In this document: positions 27,871 to 36,477 of the stretch, piece after piece
How positions within the stretch are numbered: the stretch's first letter is position 1
Layout of the letters: each line of letters starts with the position of its first letter
Source of the DNA: Dehalococcoidia bacterium UBA3088
Lineage (GTDB): Bacteria; Chloroflexota; Dehalococcoidia; UBA2247; UBA3088
Assembly: GCA_002367275.1 (NCBI GenBank)
Contig: DFBE01000039.1
Coordinates: forward strand, 25,390-85,995
Direction: 5' to 3'
Length of the DNA stretch: 60,606 nucleotides
Program-made: the position numbers and the translations under genes
The notes under the pieces: generated by a model
Databases searched by the model: none
Seen by the model: the letters and a program-made list of their open reading frames with translations, nothing else
Told to the model about the DNA's origin: nothing

Positions 27871-29601
27871 TTGATGGAGAAAAAGGCAAGACAAAAGTTA
27901 TCTGGCCTTCCCCCAGGTCCAGGGGTGTACCTTATGAAGGATGATGAGGGGAACATTCTGTATGTGGGAAAGGCGGCCAACATTAAGGAGAGAGTAAAGT
28001 CCTACTTTTCTTCAACCTTATCCCCCAAGACCCATGGCCTCATGATGAAAATGGAGGATGTAGATTTCATCCTGACCGATACTGAACAGGAGGCTTTCCT
28101 TCTGGAGTATAGCCTGATTAAAAAGCATCGGCCAAAATACAACATACGCCTTAAGGATGATAAAAGCTATCCTTACCTCAGGATAAGCCTCAGGGAGGAT
28201 TTTCCGGGTATATTCATCACCCGGAAAAAGCTGGATGATGGGTCCTATTACCTGGGCCCTTTCCCCAGCACCGGCTCAGTGCGTAAAGCACTGAATTTTT
28301 TACGGAAAATATTTCCTTTAAGGACCTGCCGAAAGTTTAAGCCCGAACCCTGCCTCGACTTCCACCTCGGACTTTGCCCCGGGCCCTGCGGGGGATTGAT
28401 CTCCCGGAGAGAATACCGGAGGACTGTAGAGGAGGCCATCCTTTTTCTGGAAGGAAAGCATGAGGAGGTAGTGGAAGGGTTGAGAAAGAGAATGGAAGAG
28501 GCAAGCTCAAGATTGGAGTTTGAAACTGCTTCCTCAATCAGAGACAAAATAAGAGCTTTGGAGAGGGTGATGTCGAAACAAAAGGTGTTTCTACCCGTTT
28601 TGGAGGAGGATGTGGTCGCCTTCTCCGCTCAGGGAGACAGAGCTCAGGTGGAGGTATTTCAAATTCGGGGAGGAAGGATGGTGGGAAGGGAAAGGCTTAC
28701 CCTGGAGGGGGTGGCTCACGAGGATGATGTAACGGTTATGGAGAGCCTCTTAAAGCAGTTCTATGCCTTTTCCTACCTGCCTCAGGTGTTGCTTATTCAA
28801 CACCCCATAGGTGGTGAAGTCTTCTCCTGGCTTAAAAATAGAAGGGAAGACATCGTAATCAAGACCGCAGCTAGCGATATGGAGGAAGGACTGGTGGAGA
28901 TGACGGCTAGAAATGCCTTACGGGCACTGATGGAGGGGGAAGAAGAATTTATGGAGGAGCTAGGAAGGGAACTTCTCCTTCCGCGCGCTCCTTATCGCAT
29001 AGAGGGCTATGATATATCAGATATAGGAGGAAAGTTTGCTGTGGGAGGAATGGTGGTGTTTGAGAAAGGGAGGCCACAGAAGAAGGAATACCGCAGATTT
29101 AAGATCAAGACGGTACAGGGAGCAGATGACTGCCGCATGATATATGAGGTACTCAGGCGACGCTTTCAAAGGAAAGAGTGGAAGCTCCCCGAGCTTATAC
29201 TCATTGATGGAGGAAAAGGACAGCTCTCCTCGGCCATCAGGGCAGTCGGCGATGCCGGGGTAGACGTTCCTATGGCCTCCATAGCCAAAAGGGAAGAGGA
29301 GGTGTTCACCCCTCAAAGGTCAGAGCCGATTTTTCCTTCTCCAAATTCCCTGAACCTGATTAAAAGAGTCAGAGACGAAGCTCATAGATTTGCCCATAGC
29401 TTTCACTGCGAACTTCGAAATGAAGATTTGCTCTCTTCTCCCTTAGACTTTGTCCCCGGAGTCGGACCCAGGAGGAAAACATCTCTCCTCCAGAGGTTTG
29501 GCTCACTCAGGGAAATGAGGATGGCGGATATAGATGAGCTCATGGAAGTAAAAGGGATAACTCGTTCTATGGCTGAAGAAATTAAGGACATATTATACTA
29601 A
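27871..29601 (+). CDS. uvrC: excinuclease ABC subunit C
   Basis: 576 aa. It has a GIY-YIG N-terminus (GVYLMKDDEGNILYVGKA), a UVR domain, and a C-terminal HhH. The start is TTG 27871 or ATG 27874. Confidence 0.95.
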   Translation: MMEKKARQKLSGLPPGPGVYLMKDDEGNILYVGKAANIKERVKSYFSSTLSPKTHGLMMKMEDVDFILTDTEQEAFLLEYSLIKKHRPKYNIRLKDDKSYPYLRISLREDFPGIFITRKKLDDGSYYLGPFPSTGSVRKALNFLRKIFPLRTCRKFKPEPCLDFHLGLCPGPCGGLISRREYRRTVEEAILFLEGKHEEVVEGLRKRMEEASSRLEFETASSIRDKIRALERVMSKQKVFLPVLEEDVVAFSAQGDRAQVEVFQIRGGRMVGRERLTLEGVAHEDDVTVMESLLKQFYAFSYLPQVLLIQHPIGGEVFSWLKNRREDIVIKTAASDMEEGLVEMTARNALRALMEGEEEFMEELGRELLLPRAPYRIEGYDISDIGGKFAVGGMVVFEKGRPQKKEYRRFKIKTVQGADDCRMIYEVLRRRFQRKEWKLPELILIDGGKGQLSSAIRAVGDAGVDVPMASIAKREEEVFTPQRSEPIFPSPNSLNLIKRVRDEAHRFAHSFHCELRNEDLLSSPLDFVPGVGPRRKTSLLQRFGSLREMRMADIDELMEVKGITRSMAEEIKDILY

Positions 29602-29631
29602 GCGTATTCCAAATTTGTGAGTTCAAAGAAA

Positions 29632-29659
29632 TTCTAAATCCTAATCTCTAATCCCTAAA
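29632..29659 (+). repeat. four tandem heptamers TTCTAAA-TCCTAAT-CTCTAAT-CCCTAAA
   Basis: Read directly from the sequence. The copies are exactly contiguous with 7-nt periodicity. Confidence 0.7.
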
Positions 29660-29744
29660 CAATTTCAAATGACCGAAATCAAAAACCCAAAACAAGAAGA
29701 GGGAGGAGGGGAAGTTATAAAAAACTCAGCGGCTATAAGGCCTT

Positions 29745-29787
29745 GGTCATTTGGGTTTAGATATTGTTTCGAATTTAGGGTTTATGC
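29745..29787 (+). repeat. inverted partner arm with heptamers ATTTGGG-TTTAGAT ... TTTAGGG-TTTATGC
   Basis: GGTCATTT (29745-52) is complementary to AAATGACC (29667-74). TTTGGGTTT (29750-58) is complementary to AAACCCAAA (29683-91). TTTAGGG (29774-80) is complementary to CCCTAAA (29653-59). Confidence 0.6.
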
Positions 29788-29988
29788 ATCTCGCATCGAA
29801 GATCGTAAAATTCACAATTCTCGAGTGCGTCTAGTATAACCTAACTTGTAGGAGGGGGTGAAAGGCTGGAAGGTAGGATAGAGCTGCTGTAATGTATAAG
29901 CAACTGCTGTCAAGCTATAGGTATTGGCAAAGGTACTCAATTGGCGGACTATACTGGGTGAACGGTTACAATGATTTAATACGCGATG

Positions 29989-30016
29989 TTGCCTTGATCC
30001 TGGGGAGTTATAAAAT
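29989..30016 (+). promoter_or_regulatory. candidate sigma70-type promoter for the proVWX operon (TTGCCT-N16-TAAAAT)
   Basis: Hexamers read from the sequence about 45 nt upstream of the proV ATG. Confidence 0.3.
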
Positions 30017-30059
30017 CTAAGTGAGCAGGGATGGCTTAAGAGCAGGTAGATTGACAAAG

Positions 30060-31247
30060 ATGGCCAAGATTGTGGTGCAAAACTTAACCAAGATCTATGG
30101 GGATGAACCCCGGAAGGCGCTGGAGCTGCTAAGGGATGGCTATTCGAAGGAAGAAATCTTGACCAGGACAGGTCAAACGGTGGCTGTGGGTGGGATCAGC
30201 TTTGAGGTGAAGGAAGGCGAAACATTCATCCTCATGGGGCTTTCCGGAAGCGGGAAGTCAACCGTGATCCGCTGCATAAACAGATTGCTTGAGCCAACCA
30301 CTGGCTCAATCTGTGTTGATGGAAAGAGGGTGGAAGAGATGGACAAGAGGGAGCTGAGAGCATTCAGGGGCCAAAAGATAGGGATGGTCTTTCAGCAATT
30401 TGCCCTTTTCCCCCATAGAACAGTTCTGGATAACGTCGCCTTCGGATTGGAAACTAAGGGAGTCCCCAAGGGAGAAAGATATGAGAGGTCTGAAGAAATA
30501 TTGGTCAGAGTGGGCTTAGCTGGGTGGAAGGCTAAACGGCCGGATGAGCTCAGCGGGGGGATGAAGCAAAGGGTTGGCCTGGCCAGAGCGCTGGCGGTCG
30601 ACCCAGATATACTGCTGATGGATGAACCATTCAGCGCTTTAGACCCCCTGATAAGAAATGAGATGCAAGAGGAGCTCCTGAGCCTGCAACAGAGGATAAA
30701 GAAGACCATCATCTTTGTCACGCATGACCTGGGTGAAGGATTAAAGCTCGGGGATAGGATGGCCATCATGCGGGATGGAAGGATTGACCAGACAGGAACA
30801 GGTAAGGAGATTTTCTCCCATCCCGCAAATGACTACGTGGCGAAATTTGTGCAGAAGGTGGATGTGACCAGAATGCTCACAGCAGAGGAGATCATGATCC
30901 AGCCGGGTGAAATCTTAAACTTACTGGAAGGTCCACAGTTGGCGATAAGAAAGATGGAATTATGCGATACTGACTACATCTTCGTAATAGGGAGGGATAG
31001 GAAGCTAAAGGGGATTGTCTGGGTGAAAGACGCGCTAAAACTAGCGGAGAAGGGGGAAAAAGGAATTCAAGGGATCTTAAAGCAAGCGGATACAGTTCAT
31101 CCCACAACCTCTATTGAGGATATCTACCTCAGAATGGGAAGAACGGGGAGAAGTTTGGCTGTGGTGGATGGTGGTGGAAATTTTATGGGCGCAGTCACGG
31201 CCAGGAGCATCCTGTCGCTTTTAGCTGAGGGAAGGAAGGGCCCTTGA
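30060..31247 (+). CDS. proV: glycine betaine/proline-type ABC transporter ATP-binding protein with tandem CBS domains
   Basis: Contains Walker A (GLSGSGKST), the signature LSGGMKQRVGLARAL, and Walker B (LLMDEPFSALD), plus a C-terminal ~120-aa CBS pair. The start is taken at MAKIVVQNL. Confidence 0.9.
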   Translation: MAKIVVQNLTKIYGDEPRKALELLRDGYSKEEILTRTGQTVAVGGISFEVKEGETFILMGLSGSGKSTVIRCINRLLEPTTGSICVDGKRVEEMDKRELRAFRGQKIGMVFQQFALFPHRTVLDNVAFGLETKGVPKGERYERSEEILVRVGLAGWKAKRPDELSGGMKQRVGLARALAVDPDILLMDEPFSALDPLIRNEMQEELLSLQQRIKKTIIFVTHDLGEGLKLGDRMAIMRDGRIDQTGTGKEIFSHPANDYVAKFVQKVDVTRMLTAEEIMIQPGEILNLLEGPQLAIRKMELCDTDYIFVIGRDRKLKGIVWVKDALKLAEKGEKGIQGILKQADTVHPTTSIEDIYLRMGRTGRSLAVVDGGGNFMGAVTARSILSLLAEGRKGP

Positions 31248-31256
31248 TCCTTAGAC

Positions 31257-32132
31257 ATGCCAAAGATTCCGATTGGTGATGCCGTCAATTCCTTCATAAA
31301 CTTCCTGAAAGAAGACCTCTCATGGGTATTCGATGGCATTTCAGGGGTGCTTGACAATGCCATTTCTGCTTTAGAAAGCTTCCTGGATTTTATTCCTCCC
31401 ATCGCTCTCATCTTCCTGCTATGTTTTATAATCTTACTGGTAACCACCAAGGGGATAACTATATGGAGTTTTGTAGGCCTCCTTTTGATCTATGACCTGG
31501 AATTATGGTCGGAGTTGATAAGGATTTTGGTACTGGTCCTGGTGGCAGTAATTCTGGCGTTGATAATCAGCATTCCGGTGGGGATCTGGATGACGCGCAG
31601 CAAGACAGTAGAAAGAATTACATTTCCCATCCTGGATTTCATGCAGACAATGCCCTCCTTTGTTTATCTGGTTCCAGCAGCCATGCTGTTTGGAATCGGA
31701 CCAGTTCCTGGATTGCTGGCCACGCTGGTATTTGCCATCCCCCCTCCAGTCAGGTTGACCTACCTGGGTATAACCCAGGTTCCAGGGGACTTAAAGGAGG
31801 CAGCCAGAGCATTCGGGGCAAGTGATAGGCAGGTTTTAACCAAGGTTGAGCTTCCCCTTTCGCTCCCCAGCATAATGGCAGGCGTAAACCAATGTATCAT
31901 GCTGGGCATCTCCATGGTGGTTATTGCCTCGATGATCGGAGCACCTGGTTTAGGGCGGGTCGTTCTGACAGCAGTAAATAGGCTTGATATGGCCATGGGA
32001 TTTGAAGGAGGGCTGGCCATAGTGATACTGGCCATGATCCTCGACCGTTTCAGCCGAAAGATGGGTGAGTATGAGAAGATATTTGAGAGATTTGGTAAAA
32101 TAAAGCAAAAGTTGAAAGGAGTGGTACACTGA
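31257..32132 (+). CDS. proW: glycine betaine/proline-type ABC transporter permease
   Basis: 291-aa membrane protein with a BPD-type EAA-like loop (AARAFGASDRQVLTKVELPL). Confidence 0.9.
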   Translation: MPKIPIGDAVNSFINFLKEDLSWVFDGISGVLDNAISALESFLDFIPPIALIFLLCFIILLVTTKGITIWSFVGLLLIYDLELWSELIRILVLVLVAVILALIISIPVGIWMTRSKTVERITFPILDFMQTMPSFVYLVPAAMLFGIGPVPGLLATLVFAIPPPVRLTYLGITQVPGDLKEAARAFGASDRQVLTKVELPLSLPSIMAGVNQCIMLGISMVVIASMIGAPGLGRVVLTAVNRLDMAMGFEGGLAIVILAMILDRFSRKMGEYEKIFERFGKIKQKLKGVVH

Positions 32133-32998
32133 AGAAAATATTTGCCATCCTGATAAGTATCTTATTGCTTCCTGCTATCCTGGGCATATATGAGGAAGGG
32201 AAGGGGAAAAGGCCAACTGTAGAGCTGGTCTATGTGCAATGGGCCTGTGCTGAATCCCAAACACATGTTATGGAAGTGGTGCTTGAGGATATGGGATACG
32301 ATGTGGAGAAGGCTGTTGTGGCGGCAGCGGTTATGTGGACTGCCGTGGCTGAGGGAGATGCAGATGCCTTTGTATGTGGATGGCTCCCATATACGCATGA
32401 GGCCTATTGGGAAAAATATAAGGATGATGTGGTCAATTTAGGGCCATGCTATGAAGGGGCCAGGATTGGCCTGGTCATCCCCAGCTATGTGCCCATAGAC
32501 TCGATACAGGAGCTAAAGGATCATAAGAAAGAATTCGATGGCAGGATGATTGGCATAGAGCCGGGGGCGGGAATAATGAGGCATACAAAGGATGATGCCA
32601 TGCCCTTATATGGCCTTGAACATTGGGAGCTTGTGTCATCCAGCGGCCCTGCTATGGTGGCTCAGTTAGATAGATCGATAAGCAAAAATGAATGGGTTGT
32701 GGTCACCGGTTGGACCCCCCACTGGAAGTTCTTCAAATATGATCTGAAGTTTCTGGATGATCCTCAAGGGGCATATGGGGAAAGTGAACATATAGATGTG
32801 ATAGTTAGAAAAGGGTTCAGTAAAGACATGCCGGAGGTGGTGAATGTCCTGGAGAATTTTTACCTGACTGAAAGTCAGTTGGAAGAGGTGATGTACATGG
32901 TCAACGTAGAGGGAATGAAACCAGAGGAAGCCGCCAGAAAATGGGTGGATGAAAATCAAGATGTGGTGGATGGGTGGATGCAAAACGCCCATAGTTGA
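32129..32998 (+). CDS. proX: glycine betaine-type ABC transporter substrate-binding protein
   Basis: OpuAC-like mature domain (VQWACAESQTHVM..., GIEPGAGIM). The hydrophobic signal segment KKIFAILISILLLPAIL is encoded only if translation starts at CTG 32129 (AAAGGAG is 7 nt upstream). The ORF-track start is TTG 32165. Confidence 0.75.
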   Translation: MKKIFAILISILLLPAILGIYEEGKGKRPTVELVYVQWACAESQTHVMEVVLEDMGYDVEKAVVAAAVMWTAVAEGDADAFVCGWLPYTHEAYWEKYKDDVVNLGPCYEGARIGLVIPSYVPIDSIQELKDHKKEFDGRMIGIEPGAGIMRHTKDDAMPLYGLEHWELVSSSGPAMVAQLDRSISKNEWVVVTGWTPHWKFFKYDLKFLDDPQGAYGESEHIDVIVRKGFSKDMPEVVNVLENFYLTESQLEEVMYMVNVEGMKPEEAARKWVDENQDVVDGWMQNAHS

Positions 32999-33304
32999 CT
33001 TAATGCAGATAATCTTGTAATAAGATAAGGGGGGGTTTTACAGAAAATGAAAGGAGGCGCAAGCTTCAGGAAGGGTGGTCAGCTTGGCCTGCGAGGTGGC
33101 GAGATTGAAGCTGTCCTCTATGGGGATAGAGAGCAATCGCCTAACCCCAAAGATACCTTCAAATCTGGAAAGGAGGAACCTGATAGCTAGATTTTCTAAG
33201 GCTCAGGAGAGAATCCTGAGAGCAAAGTTGAGGCTAACCGCCAGGCTCCAGAGTTATCTTATTTTTTGGTTACCTTCTCACATTCGCTGGGAGACAATAC
33301 CTCC

Positions 33305-33333
33305 TTGACGTGAGTAAGTGTTTATAGTATCTT
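33305..33333 (+). promoter_or_regulatory. candidate sigma70-type promoter TTGACG-N17-TATCTT
   Basis: Read from the sequence. It would give a ~135-nt 5' UTR before the methyltransferase ATG at 33474. Confidence 0.35.
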
Positions 33334-33473
33334 CTCACAACAAAGCCCCATATTAGGGGAAAACTCCTGAGAACACCCGCTAATTGCCCTTCTTGGATCG
33401 GTCAGATCACCCCGTAAGAAATATTGTAGAGATGTTGTTTGCGGCTTTTGCCGTTTAACATGGGGAGGTTCAA

Positions 33474-34304
33474 ATGAAAGACAAAGTCCAGATAACTAAA
33501 GAGTACTATGATGGTATTGCCCATAGGATATACAGAGCAACCTGGGATAAAGATAACCATCATCTGGGCATATTCGATGGAGATACAAGTTTTTCACAGG
33601 CTTCGAACAAAGCAAACGAAAATCTCCTAGCCAGATTGGACATAAAAGGGAGTGCCAGGATATTGGATATAGGGAGCGGATTTGGAGGCTTACCGCGTTT
33701 CATAGCCAGAGCAAGCGGCACTCGGTGCCATATTGTGGGACTGAACCTCTCAGAGAGAGAAAATGAATATGCTAGGCATGAAAACAAACAGGCAGGGTTA
33801 GATGGTCTGATAGACATCACCTGTGGCGACTTCAACCGGCTGCCGTTCCAGAATGAATCTTTCAATACGATCGTAAGCCAGGATTCCATGCTTCACAGTT
33901 CGGATAAACAGGGACTTATCGGGGAATGCTCCAGAGTGCTGAAGAAGGAAGGCAAACTTGTATTCTCGGATATATTGAATACTGGATTGAATGGGGAAGA
34001 AGAAAAAATCGCCAACCACAGGGTAAATGCTCCCTATCTTGGTACATTTGAATTTTACAGGGATTATCTTATCCGAAGTCAACTGGAGGTCGAAGAAATT
34101 AGCGATTTAGGATGTTCAAACGTGGCGAGAACGTATGAAGCAGTCTGTAATAATCTGACGGAAAAGCGAGATCCTCTACAGTGTGAAGAGGGCATCCCGC
34201 CTGAAATAATAGACAAAACCTTAGAAGCATTGAAGTTTTGGGTACATAAAGCCCGGGAGGGGAAGATCGGCTGGGGGCTTTTCATGGCCAAGAAGAATGT
34301 ATAG
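33474..34304 (+). CDS. class I SAM-dependent methyltransferase, sarcosine/dimethylglycine N-methyltransferase-like
   Basis: 276 aa with an RBS (GGGGAGG). The N-terminal YYDGIAHRIYRATWDKDNHHLGIF resembles the YYDS..AD.FY..VWGGEDIHVGLY block of betaine-synthesis methyltransferases. Motif I is ILDIGSGFGG. Confidence 0.7.
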   Translation: MKDKVQITKEYYDGIAHRIYRATWDKDNHHLGIFDGDTSFSQASNKANENLLARLDIKGSARILDIGSGFGGLPRFIARASGTRCHIVGLNLSERENEYARHENKQAGLDGLIDITCGDFNRLPFQNESFNTIVSQDSMLHSSDKQGLIGECSRVLKKEGKLVFSDILNTGLNGEEEKIANHRVNAPYLGTFEFYRDYLIRSQLEVEEISDLGCSNVARTYEAVCNNLTEKRDPLQCEEGIPPEIIDKTLEALKFWVHKAREGKIGWGLFMAKKNV

Positions 34305-34312
34305 GAGGTGAT

Positions 34313-34993
34313 ATGAAAGATACAGAAACCAGGTGCAGAGACGAACAGGAAATTCTGGAGGGGCTCAAGCAGGCGGTTTTGAACTTTGAACCCGATGAAG
34401 CTGTAGAAATGGCCAAAAAAGCCATAGATGATGGAATAGACCCCAGCGAAGCTATAGAGAAGGGTGTAGGAAGGGCTTTGAGCATAGTGGGAAAGAAGTA
34501 TGAGGAGGGTGAGCTGTTTATAATCCATCTGGCAGCGGCTGGAGAAGCTGGTAGCAGGGCAATAAATGAAGTTCTTAAGCCTGAAATAGAAAAGAGGGGA
34601 GATAAAGCTCCTTCGAGGGGGAAGATTGTAATCGGCACTGTTTCGGGGGACATTCATGAAATAGGAAAGACTATTGTTAGTGCGATGTTGCTGGCTAACG
34701 GTTTTGAAGTCATCGACCTGGGTAAGGATGTTCCAGTTGATACATTCGTAGACAAAGTTAGACATGAGAGCCCCCATATACTTGGCTTATCTGCTTTGCT
34801 CAGTACCACTATTCCTATCCAAAGAGATGTTATTGAAGCTCTTAAAAAGGAAGGACTCAGAGATAAAGTGAAGGTAATGGTAGGAGGTGCTCCAGTTACT
34901 GACGAGTGGGCTAAAGAAATCGGAGCAGATGCATATGGTACAGATGCTATTGATGCCGTAAACAAGGCCAAAAGTTTGGTAGAAGCGAGTTAA
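34313..34993 (+). CDS. corrinoid (cobalamin-binding) methyl-carrier protein, MtgC/MttC-like
   Basis: 226 aa. A B12-binding-2 cap helix domain is followed by GTVSGDIHEIGK (DxHxxG), with SAL and GG motifs of the Rossmann B12 domain. Confidence 0.9.
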   Translation: MKDTETRCRDEQEILEGLKQAVLNFEPDEAVEMAKKAIDDGIDPSEAIEKGVGRALSIVGKKYEEGELFIIHLAAAGEAGSRAINEVLKPEIEKRGDKAPSRGKIVIGTVSGDIHEIGKTIVSAMLLANGFEVIDLGKDVPVDTFVDKVRHESPHILGLSALLSTTIPIQRDVIEALKKEGLRDKVKVMVGGAPVTDEWAKEIGADAYGTDAIDAVNKAKSLVEAS

Positions 34994-34995
34994 AA

Positions 34996-36477
34996 ATGTC
35001 GAATGTGGTAAACAGGGGTCCAAAGGGAAATCAGCTTCGATTACTTTCCAGGGAAGAGGTAGAAGCTGTCCATAATGCTGCTCTTGATGTTTTGAAAGAC
35101 ACGGGAATCGATTGTTACTCAGATAAAATTCTGGGAATATTTGAGGAGGCCGGTGCTGATGTCGATCGGGAAAAAAGAAGGGTAAGAATTCCCGAGCATT
35201 TGATCGATGAAGCTATAAACAAGGCTCCATCAAAAATACTATTCTGTGGCCGAGATTCCAAGAATGATATCTTGCTTGAGGGAAGCAGGGTATATTATGG
35301 ATTTGGCGGCACTCCTACACCTTTGATCCTGGATCATAGGACTGATGAGTTCAGGAGACCAGGCAAAAAAGATATGATTGAGACGACTTTGGTGGGGGAT
35401 GCACTGTCCAACATGGACTTCATGATGACAAATGCAGGGGTTTTTGATGTCCCTTATGAAGCTGAATACCTTCATGAATTTGAAATTTTGCTGAACTATA
35501 CCCAAAAACCAATTTTATATTCAGCTCCAAGTGCTTACCTGGCTGAAAAGTATCTTGAAATGGGAGCGATAGTGGCCGGGAGTTTAAAGGAACTGCAGAG
35601 AAGGCCCTTTATAGCCCTTTACACTGAACCTGCTTCCCCTTTAATGCTGACCAAATCTCAAGAAAATCTTATTGGATTTGCGAAGGCGAACATACCCATA
35701 GCTATTGCTCCCATGCCCCTTTCGGGGGGGACTGCACCAGGAACAGTTATGGGTAGCTGTGTTGTAGGGACCTCTGAGACCTTAGCTGCGATTACGCTCA
35801 TTCAACTGGTGAACCCCCATGCTCCGGTCATATATGGAGGGTGGGGGCTAACCATGGATCCCAGGAGTGGGATGTGTGCCTATGGCTCTCCAGAGTTCGC
35901 CATGGGAGCAAATGCCATAATGGCCCAGATGGCCAGGTTCTACAATTTGCCTTCGTATGGATTTGGGGGATGTGCAGACGGAAAGCTTCCTGGTCCGCAA
36001 TCTGGAGCAGAGGTAATGATGAATGCTCTGGTAGCTGGTCAATCAGGAGTAAATTTGATCCATGATTGTGGCTACCTGGCAGGAGGTATGGTTGGGTCAA
36101 TCGAACAGGCAGTAATAGCCAATGAGATTGTGGGAATGGCCAAGAGGATAATACAGGGAGTAAGGGTTGATGATGATCATCTGGCGGTAGATGTTATAAG
36201 AGAGGTTGGACCGGGAGGAAATTTTGTGACTCAGAAGCATACCAGAGAGCATGTAGGTGAATTTCTACTGTCAGAATTATTCGACAGGAATTCTTTTGGG
36301 ACGTGGCAAAGTGGAGGGGCAAAGGATACCAGAACCGTAGCCAAGGAGAGGATTGAAAAAATACTTAAACAACATAAGCCTGAGCCTCTAGGGCAAGAAA
36401 TTAGGGAGAGGCTCTCCGAAGTGGTAAAGGAAGGGGAAAGGGAGCTCACCACGAAGCAAAGGAAGGCGGAAGGATGA
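34996..36477 (+). CDS. MttB-superfamily methyltransferase, non-pyrrolysine (quaternary amine:corrinoid methyltransferase, MtgB-like), paralog 1
   Basis: 493 aa. The frame is uninterrupted with no in-frame TAG. The TIM-barrel MttB-like blocks are shared with the next gene. Confidence 0.85.
   Translation: MSNVVNRGPKGNQLRLLSREEVEAVHNAALDVLKDTGIDCYSDKILGIFEEAGADVDREKRRVRIPEHLIDEAINKAPSKILFCGRDSKNDILLEGSRVYYGFGGTPTPLILDHRTDEFRRPGKKDMIETTLVGDALSNMDFMMTNAGVFDVPYEAEYLHEFEILLNYTQKPILYSAPSAYLAEKYLEMGAIVAGSLKELQRRPFIALYTEPASPLMLTKSQENLIGFAKANIPIAIAPMPLSGGTAPGTVMGSCVVGTSETLAAITLIQLVNPHAPVIYGGWGLTMDPRSGMCAYGSPEFAMGANAIMAQMARFYNLPSYGFGGCADGKLPGPQSGAEVMMNALVAGQSGVNLIHDCGYLAGGMVGSIEQAVIANEIVGMAKRIIQGVRVDDDHLAVDVIREVGPGGNFVTQKHTREHVGEFLLSELFDRNSFGTWQSGGAKDTRTVAKERIEKILKQHKPEPLGQEIRERLSEVVKEGERELTTKQRKAEG

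Noticed and set aside
29795-29830. Possible direct repeats (att-like) flanking the quaternary-amine block. ATCGTA.AA...CAATTC.CGA occurs here and again at 41594-41628.
   Set aside because: Only two short 6-9-nt matches with an 8-nt indel, which is within chance expectation for two ~400-nt AT-rich regions.
29669-29839. 56-aa ORF (MTEIKNPKQEEGGGEV...) inside the heptamer/inverted-repeat region.
   Set aside because: It has no Shine-Dalgarno. It is built largely from the repeat arms and lies below any confidence threshold without homology evidence.
29850-30059. Riboswitch upstream of proV, and a B12 riboswitch upstream of the corrinoid genes (33334-33473).
   Set aside because: I could not find the conserved cores I know (the glycine riboswitch GGAGAG...ACCGAAGGGGCAA, or the cobalamin B12-box GCCACTG with flanking motifs). 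This is left as an open question under the findings rather than called.
33047-33308. Small ORFs in the proX-methyltransferase gap (48 aa from 33047; 77 aa from 33075).
   Set aside because: They overlap in different frames and have poor or mis-spaced RBS. There are no recognisable motifs. I cannot distinguish them from chance.
34079-34777. 232-aa minus-strand ORF.
   Set aside because: It lies antisense to the methyltransferase 3' end and the corrinoid-protein gene, both of which have strong family motifs. Its Ser/Phe/Tyr-rich composition is odd, and it looks like a shadow ORF.
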